DNA from: Octopus vulgaris
Taxonomy: Eukaryota
DNA length: 64,000 bases
Assembly: GCA_951406725.2 (NCBI GenBank)
Contig: OX597832.1
Span: forward strand, 64,976,001 to 65,040,000
Direction of reading: 5' to 3'
Of the stretch, positions 36,950 to 51,985 are shown one piece after another. The position numbers and the translations under genes were made by a program. A model generated the notes under the pieces. It was not told where the DNA came from. It was given only the letters and a program-made list of their open reading frames with translations, and searched no databases. Position 1 is the stretch's first letter; each line of letters starts with the position of its first letter.

Positions 36950-37180
36950 GTATTTCTTCGTCATGTTGGATACAGCGTTCAAGGGTGTTAATGAAGGATT
37001 AAAGTTTAAATACAGAACTGGTGCTGGCTTGTTCAACCAACAGCACTTCGAAGCAAAAGCTAAGATTTTGGCGCAAACATTTCGAGATTTGCTCATCACT
37101 GACGATTGTCCACTTGTATCCCACACTCTTGAGGACATGCGATGGATTCTAATCAGCGTCATGGTTTTGAAATTCATCTA
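36950..37180 (+). mobile_element. RTE-clade LINE reverse transcriptase fragment
   Basis: GLKFKYRTGAGLFNQQHFEAKAKILAQTFRDLLITDDCPLVSHTLEDMR resembles the RTE/BovB-type YRTDGxLFN..AKTK..RDLLFADDCAL.AH. Confidence 0.8.
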
Positions 37181-37650
37181 ACGACATGCCCTAAGTCTGA
37201 CAGATATATATATATATAGTGGAATAATCTTAGTTACTGGATTATCTAAACTAACACACATAGATATCTAAACTAACTGCTTGTGGAAGTATCCTGAAAG
37301 TGGTTGAATACTCTTAATAAATCTCCACAAGCAGAATCAATAAGTCTCAGCATATAACAACACCAGAGAATTGAATTCTAGGTAGAATCCATTCTATGAG
37401 TGTCTGAGCAGTTTCCATCCAAATTCACTCATAAGTATTGGGTCTGCTCAGGGCTTTGGTAAAGTGGCAATTAGCAAAAGTGCCTGTGAGTGAAGTCTAT
37501 ACCAGGACCTCAGGAGAGAAAGCTATGCTCCGTCTATTGCTCCTGTACACGCATACATGTTATTTATATCTATGTGTGTTATGTACGTATGCATGCATCT
37601 ACGCAGGTATTTAAATTCATTTTTTGAGGAAGGTGCATTAATACAGATAT

Positions 37651-37900
37651 TAAGGCGCATCATTAAGGCTGGCAGAAATATTAGCACGCCGGGCGAAATG
37701 CTTAGCGGTATTTCGTCTGCCGCTACGTTCTGAGTTCAAATTCCACCAAGGTCGACTTTGCCTTTCATCATTTCGGGGTCGATTAAATAAGTACCAGTTA
37801 CACACTGGGGTCGATATAATCGACTTAACCCGTTTGTCTGTCCTTGTTTGTCCTCTCTGTGTTTAGCCCCTTGTGGGTAGTAAAGAAGTAGGTGTTTCGT
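37651..37900 (+). mobile_element. SINE family A, full length
   Basis: GCTGGCAGAAATATTAGCACGCCGGGCGAAATG..CCCCTTGTGGGTAGTAAAGAAGTAGGTG. Confidence 0.9.
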
Positions 37901-37904
37901 CTAA

Positions 37905-38091
37905 TACAGTTCTATATTTAAGAGATGAGGAATTTTGTACATTATTTACATTATTTACATTTGATGGATATTTGTCCTCATCTTATTTGTTGTTAACACA
38001 GTGTTTCGGCTGATATGCCCTCCAGCCTTCATCAGGTGTCTTGGGGACATTTCGAACCTGGGTTCTCATTCCTAAAGTATTTTTCGATGTA

Positions 38092-38159
<68 letters not shown>

Positions 38160-38298
38160 CATCATTAGGAATGCGAACGCAGGTTCGAAATTTCCCCAAG
38201 ACACCCGATGAAGGCTGGAGGGTATATCAACTGAAACGTTGTGCTAATAGCAAACAAGACGAGGACAAATATCCGTCAAATGTAAATAACGTAAATAA
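37905..38298. mobile_element. Hammerhead fold-back element, copy 2 (arms around (TTA)n)
   Basis: Same arms as 33639-34027. Hammerheads lie at minus 37995-38040 and plus 38200-38245. Confidence 0.85.
37995..38040 (-). ncRNA. Hammerhead family I
   Basis: Minus strand GACAC-CTGATGA-A-GGCTG GAGGGCATAT CAGCC-GAAAC-ACT-GTGTT; the cleavage triplet is mutated. Confidence 0.65.
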
Positions 38299-38465
38299 TG
38301 TGGTATTTCACCTGTCTTTACGATCTGAGTTCAAATTCCGCCGGGGTCAACTTTGCTTTTCATACTTTCGGGGTCAATAAATTAAGCACTAGTTACGTAC
38401 TTGGGTCGATCTAATCGACTGTCCCCTCCCACAAAATTTCGGGCCTTGTGCCTAGAGTAGAAAAG
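38299..38465 (+). mobile_element. SINE family A body, 5'-truncated
   Basis: GGTATTTCAC..GAGTTCAAATTCCGCCGGGGTCAACTTTGC..GGGCCTTGTGCCTAGAGTAGAAAAG. Confidence 0.8.
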
Positions 38466-39569
38466 GACACTGAGCCCCAAAATTGGAATGTAGATAAGAA
38501 AAGCAATGTCGCATATTAAACTTGAGAAAAGTCTTGCAGATCTTTACTGTTCCAATTTAAAATTGTATTTGTAATGTACGAGTTAAGTGGTTGATTTCGT
38601 TTTGTGAAAACCTTAGTTTATCCGGATTTTCAATTAGGCATTCACTCACAAACCCAAGTGCACCAATTTTTGGCATGAACGTTAATTTATAATTTGGATA
38701 TAAAAGCTGGAGGTTTTGAAGTAGTTTTCCAACGTAATCCTCTTTCTCTTTGATTTTCTCATCAGCACGACAGCTGTATGTATGTATGTATGTATGTATG
38801 TATGTATGTATGTATGTATGTATGTATGTATGTATGTATGTATGTATGTACGCATGTATGTATGTAAGTATGCATGAGTGCCTGCATGTATGTATGTATT
38901 TATGTATTCATGTATGTACGTTAGTTTGTATGTATGTATGTAGTTGGGTTTGTAGTTAGGTGGGTATGTCTATAGGTATGAAAGTATATATATATGTGTG
39001 TGTGTGTGCGTATGTGTGTATGTGTGAGCGTGCTTGTTTGTGTGTGAGTATCTATTCTTTTATGTATACATGTATCACCTGTGTATGCATATATTTATCT
39101 ACTTATACATATGTGTGTGTGTGGGTTGGTGAGTGTACGTGTGTCTGCTTAGGAAATATTGAATATTTATAAAAATAAATAATTGATGAACATTGATTTA
39201 CAAAGTCTTTAGTAAATTATAAATATTTTAATTATGCAATATTCTCATTAGCAAATCATTTATGCGCAGACTTTACTTGTATAAAACTGAACATTTTTAA
39301 AATTTCATTTCCGGCTTTCGTACTTGTAACAGATGAGGAGGGGGTGAATCCTCTTGACCGCCAGCGAACAACAGGGAATTCGTAAAGCCAGAGCTACGGA
39401 ACGCCGATTCTTATATCTTTCAGTAGAAATGAATTTTGGTGGAGATCATCCTCGAAAAAATTCGGCGAAAGCTATGTTGATGGCCTCGACATTACGTCTT
39501 CGTGAAAGACGTTCAGTGAGCTCGGCTCTCATTGAGAGAAAAAGAACAAGAGGAAAAAAGAACAACAGG

Positions 39570-39990
39570 TAGAGGAGGAGGAGGAGGAGGAGGGAGATGA
39601 AGAATAGAAGATAAAGGAGAAGAAAAGATGAGGGAGAAGAAGAAAGGATGAGGGAGAATAATAATAATACGAAGAAGAAGAAGAAGAAGAAGAAGAAGAA
39701 GAAGAAGAAGAAGATGAAGAAGAAGAAGAAAAAGAAGATGATGAAGAAGAAAAGATGGAGAATGAGAAGAAAAGAGATGATGGAGAAGAAGGAGTAGAAG
39801 AAGAAAAAGATGGAGAAGGAGAAGAAAGAGAAGAAGCAAAATATGATGACGATGAAGGAGGAGGAAGAAGGAGGAGAAAACGAAGAAGAAGAAGACGAAA
39901 AAGAAAATAGAAAAATGAAGAAAAACAAGGAAAAATATACAGAAGAAATGGAATAAAAAATATGTGAATGAAAGGAAGGAAGGGCAAATA
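39570..39990. repeat. GAA/GAG purine-rich low-complexity tract
   Basis: Direct reading. Confidence 0.9.
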
Positions 39991-40014
39991 ATAATAATGA
40001 TATTAATAATAATC

Positions 40015-40565
40015 CTTTCCACTCTAAGCACAAAGCCTGTAATTTTGGGGGCGGGTGTCAGTCGATGACGTCACCCCACCATTGCTCAATCAGCAACGAA
40101 AGGATGAAAGGTGCAGCCGTCCTCAGCATAATTTGAACTCAGAGTGTAAAGCGGGGAGTTGAAAGAAAGAAGACGAAACCTGCTGGTAGTAGAAAGAAAG
40201 AAAAGAAAGGAGGAGATGGTGAGTTGGAGGTGAGTCTGGCCCTCGAAGAAATTTAATGAAAATATACTTCATGCCCTAGATATTAACAAAATCTATTTAG
40301 TGTTCGAGATTATGAAAAAGACAGAGGAGAGATTGAGATCGAAGAAGAGAGAGATGAAGCGGCAACAGCTGTAGCACCACCATCAAAACAACAATAGCAA
40401 TAGCAAGAAGAACAACATGAGGAATTATACCGTCTACTTAACCGGCAATTATTTACTGATATGAATAATGAAATGCAATGTTGACCTCGTCTTGGTTCGA
40501 ACTCAGAAGTTACAACGCCGGAGTAATTACTACGGTGTTACGTTTGTCCGACGCTCTAACAACTT
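40015..40565 (-). mobile_element. Two degenerate SINE family A fragments (40015-40150, 40425-40565)
   Basis: AAAGGATGAAAGG..ATTTGAACTCAGAG and GTTGACCTCG..CGAACTCAGAAG. Confidence 0.55.
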
Positions 40566-40702
40566 CTGCAGTCGACTATAAAAATATGTGGTCTTGTGCC
40601 TCTGATAGAAAGGAAGATTAAAACTTGTTTAATCAGTAGACATGGTTAAATAATAACTTACATGATACATCGAGCAGATTTGAAATTTTCTAACATGTAA
40701 TA

Positions 40703-40760
<58 letters not shown>

Positions 40761-41439
40761 GTGAGAGAGAGAAAGAGTGAGCAGGAGGGACATAGGATAG
40801 GAAAGAAAAGGCGAGAGAGAGAGAGTGAGAGAGAAAGAGAGAGAAGCTGACGTCCTTCTATTTCAAAAGATATTAGAGATATGATAGTCTGAAATATCTG
40901 TTGTCGTGCCAACAAGGTTCTTGGCTCACTGCCCAATGCAAGAGGCAACAACAGTTCAATGGCACAAAGTTTGGTAAACTAACCATAAATCTGAGAAGGA
41001 AATCTTTGAAATGTCGCTGCTAATATTGATATTTTATCACTGAGAGAGATAATGCTTTTGTTTCATCGATTTTCACATTCATATATGTATATATATATAT
41101 ATATAATACTTTCTTTTGTTATTCTTCTGTCTTTTTATATTATTTTATTATTTTTATTATTTGCGAAGGAGGCGGCTGTGTCGATGGTGGTGGTGGTGGC
41201 GTGGGGGTTTCTTTTTTGTTCTTCCACTGTTTGCTTTTGAATTCCATCCACCTACCGCCAGCTCCACCCGAACTCTCACCCTCTTAGCTTAAAGTTCAAT
41301 TATAACTCCCCTGATAATGACGAATATTTTATCTCCCCTAACATCCGCACTACAACAGACGAAATAATCATATGTATGAAATTGAATTAAGTCTTTAAAC
41401 TAACTACCATCATATATACACAGAGGCATGCCGTTTGTA

Positions 41440-41457
41440 GTATGTACATATGCATAT

Positions 41458-41492
<35 letters not shown>

Positions 41493-41520
41493 TATATGCA
41501 CGTACATATATGCTGCTCTT

Positions 41521-41590
<70 letters not shown>

Positions 41591-41605
41591 CCTATGGATA
41601 TACAT

Positions 41606-41648
<43 letters not shown>

Positions 41649-41701
41649 CGTTTATATGCATGAATGTATAAACGTATGTATATATGAATATGTATGTATA
41701 C

Positions 41702-41749
<48 letters not shown>

Positions 41750-41832
41750 GTATATTGACATATTTGTATGCGTATGTGCATATATACATATATCTCACGC
41801 TTGTTCTCTCTATCTCGCTGTGTGTATGTGTG

Positions 41833-41876
<44 letters not shown>

Positions 41877-42170
41877 TTATATATGTATGTATGCGTATAT
41901 ATCTATATATACATAGGTATATATATATATATGTACGTGTATATATATGTATATATGTATATGTTGATATGTATCTATATGTATATATGTATATGTGTAT
42001 ACATATTTATATATATATATATATATATATATACGTATGTATATGTATGCATATATATACACATATATATGTATATACCTGTATATATATATGTATATAT
42101 AGATATTTGTATATGTATATGTGTATATACATATATGCACATACGTATATACATGCACACACATATGTAA
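41440..42170. repeat. Long compound TA/CA/TG microsatellite field
   Basis: Direct reading. Similar fields lie at 13206-13550, 46498-46860 and 49535-50480. Confidence 0.95.
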
Positions 42171-43046
42171 ATTTAAATTAAGTACCATCTCATACACATG
42201 CATATATACTCACTTATATACAAGAAGGTTAAATGCACGCACATTCATACACATTTGTACCGCGGACACACAGACGGACATAGCGACATACACACACTTA
42301 TATAGAGAAAAAAGGAGAGCTTCAGAGATGGAAAGAGACAAAGAAAAGCAGAAAGCGAAAGTGAGAGATACATATATATTAGGAGAGAAAGGAAGGATGA
42401 TGCTTTAAAACAAGATGCATAATGTTAGTTATAGATTAACTATTAATACGAAAAGCCTGATACACACACACACACACACAAACATATATATATACATACA
42501 TACACACATACATACAATATATATGTCTGTGTGCGTATATGAATATATATACACATAAATACTGGTAGTCGTTTGGTAAATTGACTGAAACAAAATAACT
42601 TGCTGTACTTGGTTGCACGCGTCTAGGTTCCGGTTTCGAACCCTACCGGTTTTCACTCTACATTTGATTAGTGAGCAACGATGTACTTCTAAGTGAAATA
42701 CAGAGATCAATACATTCGACTATATCCGCCACCCAGTGAGATTTCTGGTCATCTGCGTATCTAAGGAACTAGCACCAGCACCACGCACACACACAAACAC
42801 GCATATGTTTTATCTTTTTCTTTTAAATTTCAATTATAGAATTGTAGCCAAGCTGGCCCACCACCTTACAGAAACTTACACCAGTGCGTTTTTTAAAGTC
42901 TGGCACTTATTCTATAGGTTTCTTGTTTCGAAAGACTAAGTTACCTTCAAGTAACCAAACCATCCCCAGCTGTCAAGACGTGTGCTGGAACAGAGGCAGT
43001 CACTAAGACAATCACCCATACTTTACATATATAAATACACCTCCCC

Positions 43047-43110
<64 letters not shown>

Positions 43111-43112
43111 TG

Positions 43113-43236
<124 letters not shown>

Positions 43237-44062
43237 GCATTAATTGCGATCGATCGTTGCGACCATGTTCATAGATTTGGCATAACATGATAAGCTTTCT
43301 CCATACTGGTCGGCTTTTCGCTTGAATTTGCTATTTATTATGATCAATTCCTTTCCGCCTCATGTTCCTTATTGCAACATCATTGAATCTCAGTTTAGGT
43401 CTTCCATAGCTTCTTTTCCCCCTGCATAGATGGAATTAAAGGAGTTGTCTAGGGAATCGGCTGTTATCTATGCTGTGTACTAGACCCAAAGGATGGCAAA
43501 CCGTAGGATCACTTCATTCGTCGGCATTCGTCGGCACACCGAAGGAGCTCTTCATTCCCGATCTTGTCAAAGAGAGTAATATTAATAATTAGTCTTAGCT
43601 ATCTCATCATAGATGCGTGTACTTGTCTACTTGAATTTTATAAACTGTCCAGGTTTCAACTCCATACAACAAGGAAGAAAGCACTATAATCTGGTTTACC
43701 TTACATTTGACCAAGTGCAGAAACATGCCTATTCTTCCACAGCCTCTGATGTAGCCTTCCAAATAAAGTACTAACTCTGCTCATTCTTCTTGGTCCAGTC
43801 GTGCAATATCTGAGATGCTGCTGCCTAGGTATTTGAATACTTTGCACTGGAACAACTTTCCATCTCTAATAGGGATGTATTCCTCTGTTACAGGGACAGG
43901 TAAGTTCTCTACAGGTTGGTAAAGGCATCCAGTTTTTCTGAAGTTGCTCTTTAAGTTGTGCAAACCTAACAAGGTTATATATTAATTTGTGCACAACTTC
44001 AGCACTGTAGGCAACCAGCGCAATATCATCAACGAACATCTTTCGCACTAGGATCTTCTAGT
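43237..44062 (-). mobile_element. 5'-truncated RTE-clade LINE with (TAA)n tail
   Basis: Minus strand VRKMFVDDIALVAYSAE, FKYLGSSIS, LLYGVETW and RFPRQLL..GKRSYGRPKLRFNDV..WRK, followed by the tail at 43178-43236. Confidence 0.85.
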
Positions 44063-44147
44063 GCGTGTCTTCGCTTTATATCATGCATCAGTGAATAGAC
44101 TAGCATAATGAGGCGTGTGGATGTAAATACACGCACTCACACACACA

Positions 44148-44201
<54 letters not shown>

Positions 44202-44267
44202 CCCTCACACACATACACACTCATATACATACACACATATATAGTCAATCAGTAGAGAAGGCAGTGA

Positions 44268-44470
44268 GACGGTGCGCGATCAGGTGGTGTGTTGCACTAA
44301 CGATCTTGCGGGAGTAGTTTCGATTCCCGGGCGGGGGATAGTGCGTTGTGTTCCTGAACAAAACTCCAGTTCGCTTCCCTCAACAATATCTTCGACATTT
44401 TAATGTGCCAGAGCGTAGAGACGATGTCGATTTGATGGATTGATGGATTGATGGATGATTGATAGCTGGA
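44268..44470 (+). mobile_element. Old tRNA-headed SINE relic
   Basis: GGTGCGCG..GTAGTTTCGATTCCCGGGCGGGG..TTGTGTTCCTGAACAAAAC. Confidence 0.5.
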
Positions 44471-45849
44471 TTGAGCTCATGTGATCTACAAAAATAATCA
44501 CTATGAACAAATCGTTAAGCAGGTTGTTCAGCAAAAAAATTCGGAACGCTCACAAGAGTCCACCATTGAAGGCACCGCCCTTGAATCGTTTTCGGGACAT
44601 TTGAACCTGTTAGACAGGTAAGAGGAATTTATCTGCAAACCAGAAACCTGCACGAACGCTTCTAAATTCCCCTTAAGATGTCAAATAGCGGCGTTCAACC
44701 GGGCGTCGAACTAGGTCTATCACATCATTGAGGGATTTGAAGTCAGAAGGAAAACAGCCGGACCAAGTACCAAAAGTCGCTTAGACCGACTTTATTATAC
44801 TTTTATCAATCGAACATCATCGATAGGAATGTATTTTTTCGCCCGCAGCGGGATATGGAATTCAAGTACGGAGAATCGAAATATTCTATTCGATGCTCTA
44901 ACGATTCAACCGATTCATATGTGTGCGTATATACCTATGTATGTGCGTATATAACTATGTATGTATGTATATCCTATATCTATCTGTCTGTCTCTCTATC
45001 TATCTATATATCTTTCAAGAGTATTATGTCCTTGAGCAAGACTCTTCATTTCACGTTGCTCCAGTCCACTCAGCTGGCAAACCTGAGTAATCCTGCGCAT
45101 AATGGCCCCACCACCCATGGGTAGCATATATGCTACAGGATCAGAGAAACCAGTCTTACGAGCATATGGTTCGATAAGGTCATACACACACATACACATG
45201 CATACACACGTATACATATATATGCAGGTTCATATTCTGTGATTCTACTCACACATACTTTCTCACACTTACACACACACACATGTATCTATATTTATAC
45301 ATACACACATTTAGACTTGTATCTTACATGTTTATATACACAAATATAATAGCGTTGAACGCATATGTATATTAGTGCCATGTACAATCTACACTAATTT
45401 TATGGCGTAACCAATATTGCAAGTAACGTTCATTGGATCGAGTAGTTTATTACTGTCGATCACAGAAAATTGCTTGGATGAAATCTAGAGGTGTGGCTTG
45501 TGAACCGTCTTTACTCTCTATAAAAATAAATGTGTGTATATATATGTGTTTGTATGCGTGTGTGTGTGTGAATAACTTTTGTTGGGTGTATGTGTGTGTA
45601 TGGATGTATAGAGCAACTAAAAATACATCTCTAAAATAATAAACATTAGATGATAATCGAACGGTTCATTGATTTCTAACCGCTTTTGTAAGTTGGCAAA
45701 TTTAATAATGCCATAGCAATGAAAACACTGGAGGGTGGTGGTGGTGGCGGAGGCGGTGGTGCGTGTGAATTATAACTAATCGATATTGATGAGAGTGTTT
45801 TTATTGGTTTTAGTCTGGATGGAGGGACTAAATGGGTCCATGGCCTTCG

Positions 45850-46400
45850 CAGGCACTCCTTGACCGCGAAGTTGGGGTGTGGTTAACATTTACCTTGAAC
45901 TAAACAGTTTCGAATCGACGTACTGGAGAGGAGAAATGATATGTTCCAAGGATGAAATTCCGGAGATGATGATGTGCAGGTAACGAATAAATGGTCGTAA
46001 TGGTTAGCGAGGGGTGCCTGAATAATGGTAGAGATTCGCAAGATGGATACTAAGAGCAGGGGGGAAGAGTCTGAATGGAGGTGGTACAAGATCAGCCATC
46101 TTAGAAAAGGAGAGGCCATTGTGAATAAGCTAGAAGAGACAAGGTGAGAGTCCAGCACATCTGTTGGCCAGCGGTGGCTTGTTTGAATTACAGCATAGAA
46201 TCGAGTGATCTTTCTTTGGATGGGAACCCACATGTGTTTATCCACAGAAACATAGATGTACACTACAGTCAATATCAACTAGATTTTATAGTAAGAAACG
46301 AGTGGTTGAGAGGTGAATTATTTTCGAGTGCTGAAGGGAAAAGAGAGTCTTTATGATTCAGTTCTCTTTCGAAGGCTGAATTCATTAGTGAAGTAGAGGA
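45850..46400 (-). mobile_element. 3' end relic of a CR1/Jockey-group LINE
   Basis: Minus strand ..MADLVPP..R.ST..HP.. and a following FHPWN-like stretch resemble the C-terminal LFYRYY..ELA.LVPP..HPY..SFFPRT..WN region. Confidence 0.4.
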
Positions 46401-46498
46401 TTATCATTTACAGATATTGAAACAATTAAATGTTACGATATTCTTCTGCATCTGTAAGGTTGGAATAATAATTTATTCCCTAATATTATTATTATATG

Positions 46499-46585
<87 letters not shown>

Positions 46586-46624
46586 GTATATCTATATATA
46601 TATATGTATATATGTGTATATGTT

Positions 46625-46656
<32 letters not shown>

Positions 46657-46659
46657 CAT

Positions 46660-46709
<50 letters not shown>

Positions 46710-46797
46710 CTATATATATATATGTATACCTATATATATATATATGTATATATGTGTATATGTTTGTGTGTGTGTATATATATATATATATATACAT

Positions 46798-46857
<60 letters not shown>

Positions 46858-47543
46858 GTACTTAAATGCTTAAAACTAATTATAGGTATCTCATGGGACA
46901 CAATGTAAAATATCTTGTTGCTATTTGATCAAATGAACCAAGATCGCAATATTTATAAACAGTGACGCACCAATAGAATGCACCAAAGTTTTCGTACATG
47001 TCCAATATTCTGGATAACGAGGTTTCTTAGGAGAAAATGTTTTGCATCGAATCCTACGTGAAATGTGGGAAAAATGGAACGAGGTTATTGACATTATATA
47101 ACATCACATAAAGCATTCCCCCTACCCGCCAATAGTCATCCATCACACAATTCCAAGGTGCGCCTTTGTTGTTTGTCAGTTATCCATTACAGCTTTGACA
47201 CGAAAATACACAGAAGCGGAGACGTTGAACCACAACAGCCAAACAATAAAAGCAAAGTATGGCATATATGTCGTTTGAGGATCGGGCATTCAACCTCCTC
47301 TAATAACATCGTCTTTTAATAATTTATTAATGAAGTGAAACTGGCAAATTATTTATAAACAGCAAAGCATATAAAAGAAATTACACTCTGGAGAAATATC
47401 TTTCCGGGTGGCACATAATATAATATATAAAATAATATAATATATATTTTATACATAGGAACATATATACCGAGAAAGTGAGAGGGAAACAGACACATGC
47501 ATCACACGTATAATGTTAAGTAGATACATAAATATAATAGAAT

Positions 47544-47585
<42 letters not shown>

Positions 47586-47587
47586 AG

Positions 47588-47631
<44 letters not shown>

Positions 47632-48053
47632 AATATATACACATCTAAACGCACATAGGCACAACTATACATACGCATATAGAGCACTGAATTGTTATTT
47701 CTATCAGAATAATGCATAAGCGTGAACTAATTATATCTTGTATCCTATATTTCATCTAAATTCCCTTCTTGCAACTCGCGTTTCAAGTTAACGTGATTAA
47801 GAGCGCAATGTATCTATCTTGTAGCACGAAATAGATTAAATCCAACAGCCCTGTCTATGTATGTCTGGAATTTAAAGGAATCTACCTGCAATACTATCAC
47901 ATAAAGTCTCTGTATAAAAGTTTGTATATACTACAACTGATAGGGATCACTGAAAAAATACAATGTAATAATACAATATATATGAGCTCTAAGCCTCCAA
48001 AATAAAAGCATGTTGTGCTTGGAGCGCATATATATATTCATACATATATATAT

Positions 48054-48095
<42 letters not shown>

Positions 48096-49532
48096 GTATG
48101 TATATACAAGTTTTCGAAAATGTGTCTACTCTGCTAATCTGGAAGAGACGGGAGAAGGCAGCATTATTCTGCTAAACGCATTGAAACCTTGAAAAATCGG
48201 CGTGAACATTAGTGTAACATTCCACTTGGAAAATATATTCGAAAAGGAACATCAATTTATATTTATAATAATTGAACCAATAGGTAAAGCGTCAAGGGAA
48301 CTCACACGAGATAGAAATGCATCTTGAAAATAGCAAAAACAAAAATGGTATCTGACTATCTAACAAAAGCATAAACCACCATTCTGCTGTAAAGAAATGT
48401 GCAAAGTAGATGCGAGACGAAACTTAAAATGACATCCTGCCTCAGATTTCCTGAGTAGTTTCACAGTGAATTCATAATTATAGAGGAAAGTGAAGCTAAT
48501 AAGTACTACAAAATAGAGCAGAGAGACAGTAAATATCAAAACTGGACAAAACATAATCTCAATTCTAAGGTCAAGATTATGGCAAAAGAAAATAAATAAA
48601 TCAACAAAGCAAACCCTATAGAATGCCAAAAATTTAAAGAAGCATCTATAAAGAAGAGAAAAATGTTAGAAGAATGGTAAACGCATGAGCAGCTGGTTGC
48701 TTCAAAGCCAGTCTAACGAAAGGGCGAATGACAGAAAAAAAACATGGTGCCAAAGGATATAAGAGTTGGTCTTGTTATTAGATTTCTTGTGTGACGAACG
48801 GATTAAGAATATCTTTGTCCTTTTAGCTTGTAATTGTTTCACGCATTGGACTGCCGCCAAGCTGGGGTACAGCATTAAAAGGGTTTTAGGCAAACACTTC
48901 CACGCCGCTATATCACTTTCAAAGTTTGGTACTGATTATGTCTATTTTGTTGAACTGCTAAGTTACGGGGCCGCGAAGAAACCAACAGCGGTAGTCTTGC
49001 GATGAAGGCCAGGCACAATCAGATACACATATAGACAAAGAGCTTCTTTCAGCTATCATATATCAAATTCATTCACAAACTCTTCGTCGGAAAAGTGATG
49101 GAAAAGGACACAACCACACATACACGTACAAACACGCACACGTACAGACGCACACAAACTCACGCACACATACACTTCCACACTCTCACACACATATACA
49201 TCGATATATACTATGAGCGCCAAATCGTTTGTCATTTATGGAATAGTTTCAACATAATTAAGCTAAAATTGAAGTGTTGATTATTAAAATCAGCCCTGAT
49301 AAAACTCAAGGTAATATCTCATATATTTATCCAGTGTTCGAACATGTACCACCAGAGCAGTGTCTATTCCCTATCAAAACAAATAGCGATATAGCATTCA
49401 CATGCTGGCAGGATTCTCTCTCATTTATCTGCGCGAAGTTGGAACTGTTCTCTGACAGTAACTCTGTATTTTGTATTCAGCACTCTCTTTTCCTCTTTTT
49501 GTATGCAAATTTTTCGGCTGGAGCATATACAT

Positions 49533-49621
<89 letters not shown>

Positions 49622-49652
49622 ATATATATATATATATATAGGATATACATAC

Positions 49653-49688
<36 letters not shown>

Positions 49689-50078
49689 AACACAAATATT
49701 GAGATATCAAACGATATATATGTGTACATACATACGGTCATACGTCTATGTATCCATATATACATATATATATGCATCTAAATATGTATATGTATACACA
49801 CAAATATAGGGATGCCAAAAAAGATACGTGTATCTATAGATACATACATAATATATATATATATATATACACATGTATAAATAAATATATATATATACAT
49901 ATCTATATACATACACATATGTATATATATATATGTGTATATATACAAATATATGTATAAATATATGCATATACATATTACACTCTCATACAAGGAAGTA
50001 TACATACATATGGATATAAACATATATATATATATATATGTAGATATGTTTTATATATACATATATATACATACACGC

Positions 50079-50127
<49 letters not shown>

Positions 50128-50351
50128 CACACACACGCATCCATATATGCTTATGTTCCCTTTCATCTTTTGGATGTGAAATTAAGAGTGAAATATAAAT
50201 GTATGTTTCAGATGTTTGCGTATCCCACTCCCACAATCAACCCCCGTCTCTCTCTCCCTGTATATCCAAATATCTAGATATCTATATATCTCAATATATT
50301 CATACATACATACATATACATATATATATATTTATATATATATATATATAT

Positions 50352-50382
<31 letters not shown>

Positions 50383-50427
50383 CATACATACATACATACA
50401 TACACACGTACATACATACATACATAA

Positions 50428-50473
<46 letters not shown>

Positions 50474-51070
50474 GTATGTACGTAGAAGTGATAAGTCTCT
50501 TGTAGTTATTTATCACCTTGTATTAATGATTCTATGTGTTAGTTTAATGTTCATTCTTCTAAATTAACGACGAATTAATCTATAGTACCGTGCAGAATAT
50601 ATTGACTATTTTCACAAGCGCACATATTCTATAATAATAATAATATCTATCTAGATATCTATGTGTAATACACACGCATACGTATTTGTAAGTACATAAT
50701 CACGCTTGTAGATTTAGACACACGCACACACACACGCATACGCGCGCACACAGACTCATTCAAACATAAAGAAGGCTGCCTGTTTTTGATAACGTTGTGT
50801 AAGTGGCATTTAATATATGATCGGAAGTTGCGATAATGAAAGGAAATAATGTGAAAATAATAATAACATTACTTCTGGATCATAGTGTAAATGGAAAGAC
50901 AAAGCAATATACATACTATATACGTATGACTATACATAAATATATCATATATATATATGAATATGTATGTTGGCATATGTATGTATATATGCATATTTAT
51001 ATACTATCACTTATATCTATATATATGTATACACTTAAATTAACATATGTTCTAAGGGCGATGCTCTAAC

Positions 51071-51320
51071 TATGCGTATGAAAAGACTAAGGCCATTATA
51101 ATTAATGTGTATATATATACACATATATATGTGTATATATCTATGTGTATATATATATATATGTGTATATGTATATATATGTTAATATATGTATATATGA
51201 ATGTATATATATATAGGTATATATATATGTATATGTGTATGTATATATATATATACATATATATATATATACATACACATATATATATATACATATACAT
51301 ATACATATATATATATACCT

Positions 51321-51362
<42 letters not shown>

Positions 51363-51396
51363 CAATTATAATGGCCTTAGTCTTTTCATACGCATA
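51071..51396. repeat. 46-bp inverted repeat (one mismatch) around a partly self-complementary TA/TG/CA tract
   Basis: TATGCGTATGAAAAGACTAAGGCCATTATAATT.. versus ..AATTATAATGGCCTTAGTCTTTTCATACGCATA. Confidence 0.92.
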
Positions 51397-51416
51397 TATA
51401 TATATATATATACATA

Positions 51417-51447
<31 letters not shown>

Positions 51448-51954
51448 GTACATACATATATATACACATATATATATATATACATATTCACATATATATA
51501 TATAATTATATGCATATGAATATATATATATATGTGTGTATATATTTATGTATATAAATTTTTCTCTCACTACCTCTTTGTTTCTGTCTCTTTCTTCAAA
51601 CACACACACACACTTGCATATGTCTGTATATATATATGGATGTATTTGTATATTTTTATACACACCCATATACTCAAAGCACATCCGTGTGTGTATGTTT
51701 CTGTGTGTATTTAAAGACACTTTTATAATCATACAGAATAGAACATTAACCGGATAAATGACTGCCAACTGATGTGATATAGACAGTAACTTCGAAGCCT
51801 CTTTTAATATAATCAAATATGTGTTAACAGGTTTGAGCATACATTGTATATATCACCATACATATAAACAGACACACACACAAACACACACACATATATA
51901 TACCCTGTACATATACACACTGAGACTCATACAATGACTCTGTCTTTGTCCATC

Positions 51955-51985
<31 letters not shown>

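Noticed and set aside
39333-39572. Acceptor-like TTGTAACAG followed by short open frames; the minus-strand RRRNVEAINIAFAEF looks bHLH-like
   Set aside because: All plus frames after the acceptor stop quickly, and the bHLH resemblance ends in a stop with no helix 2.
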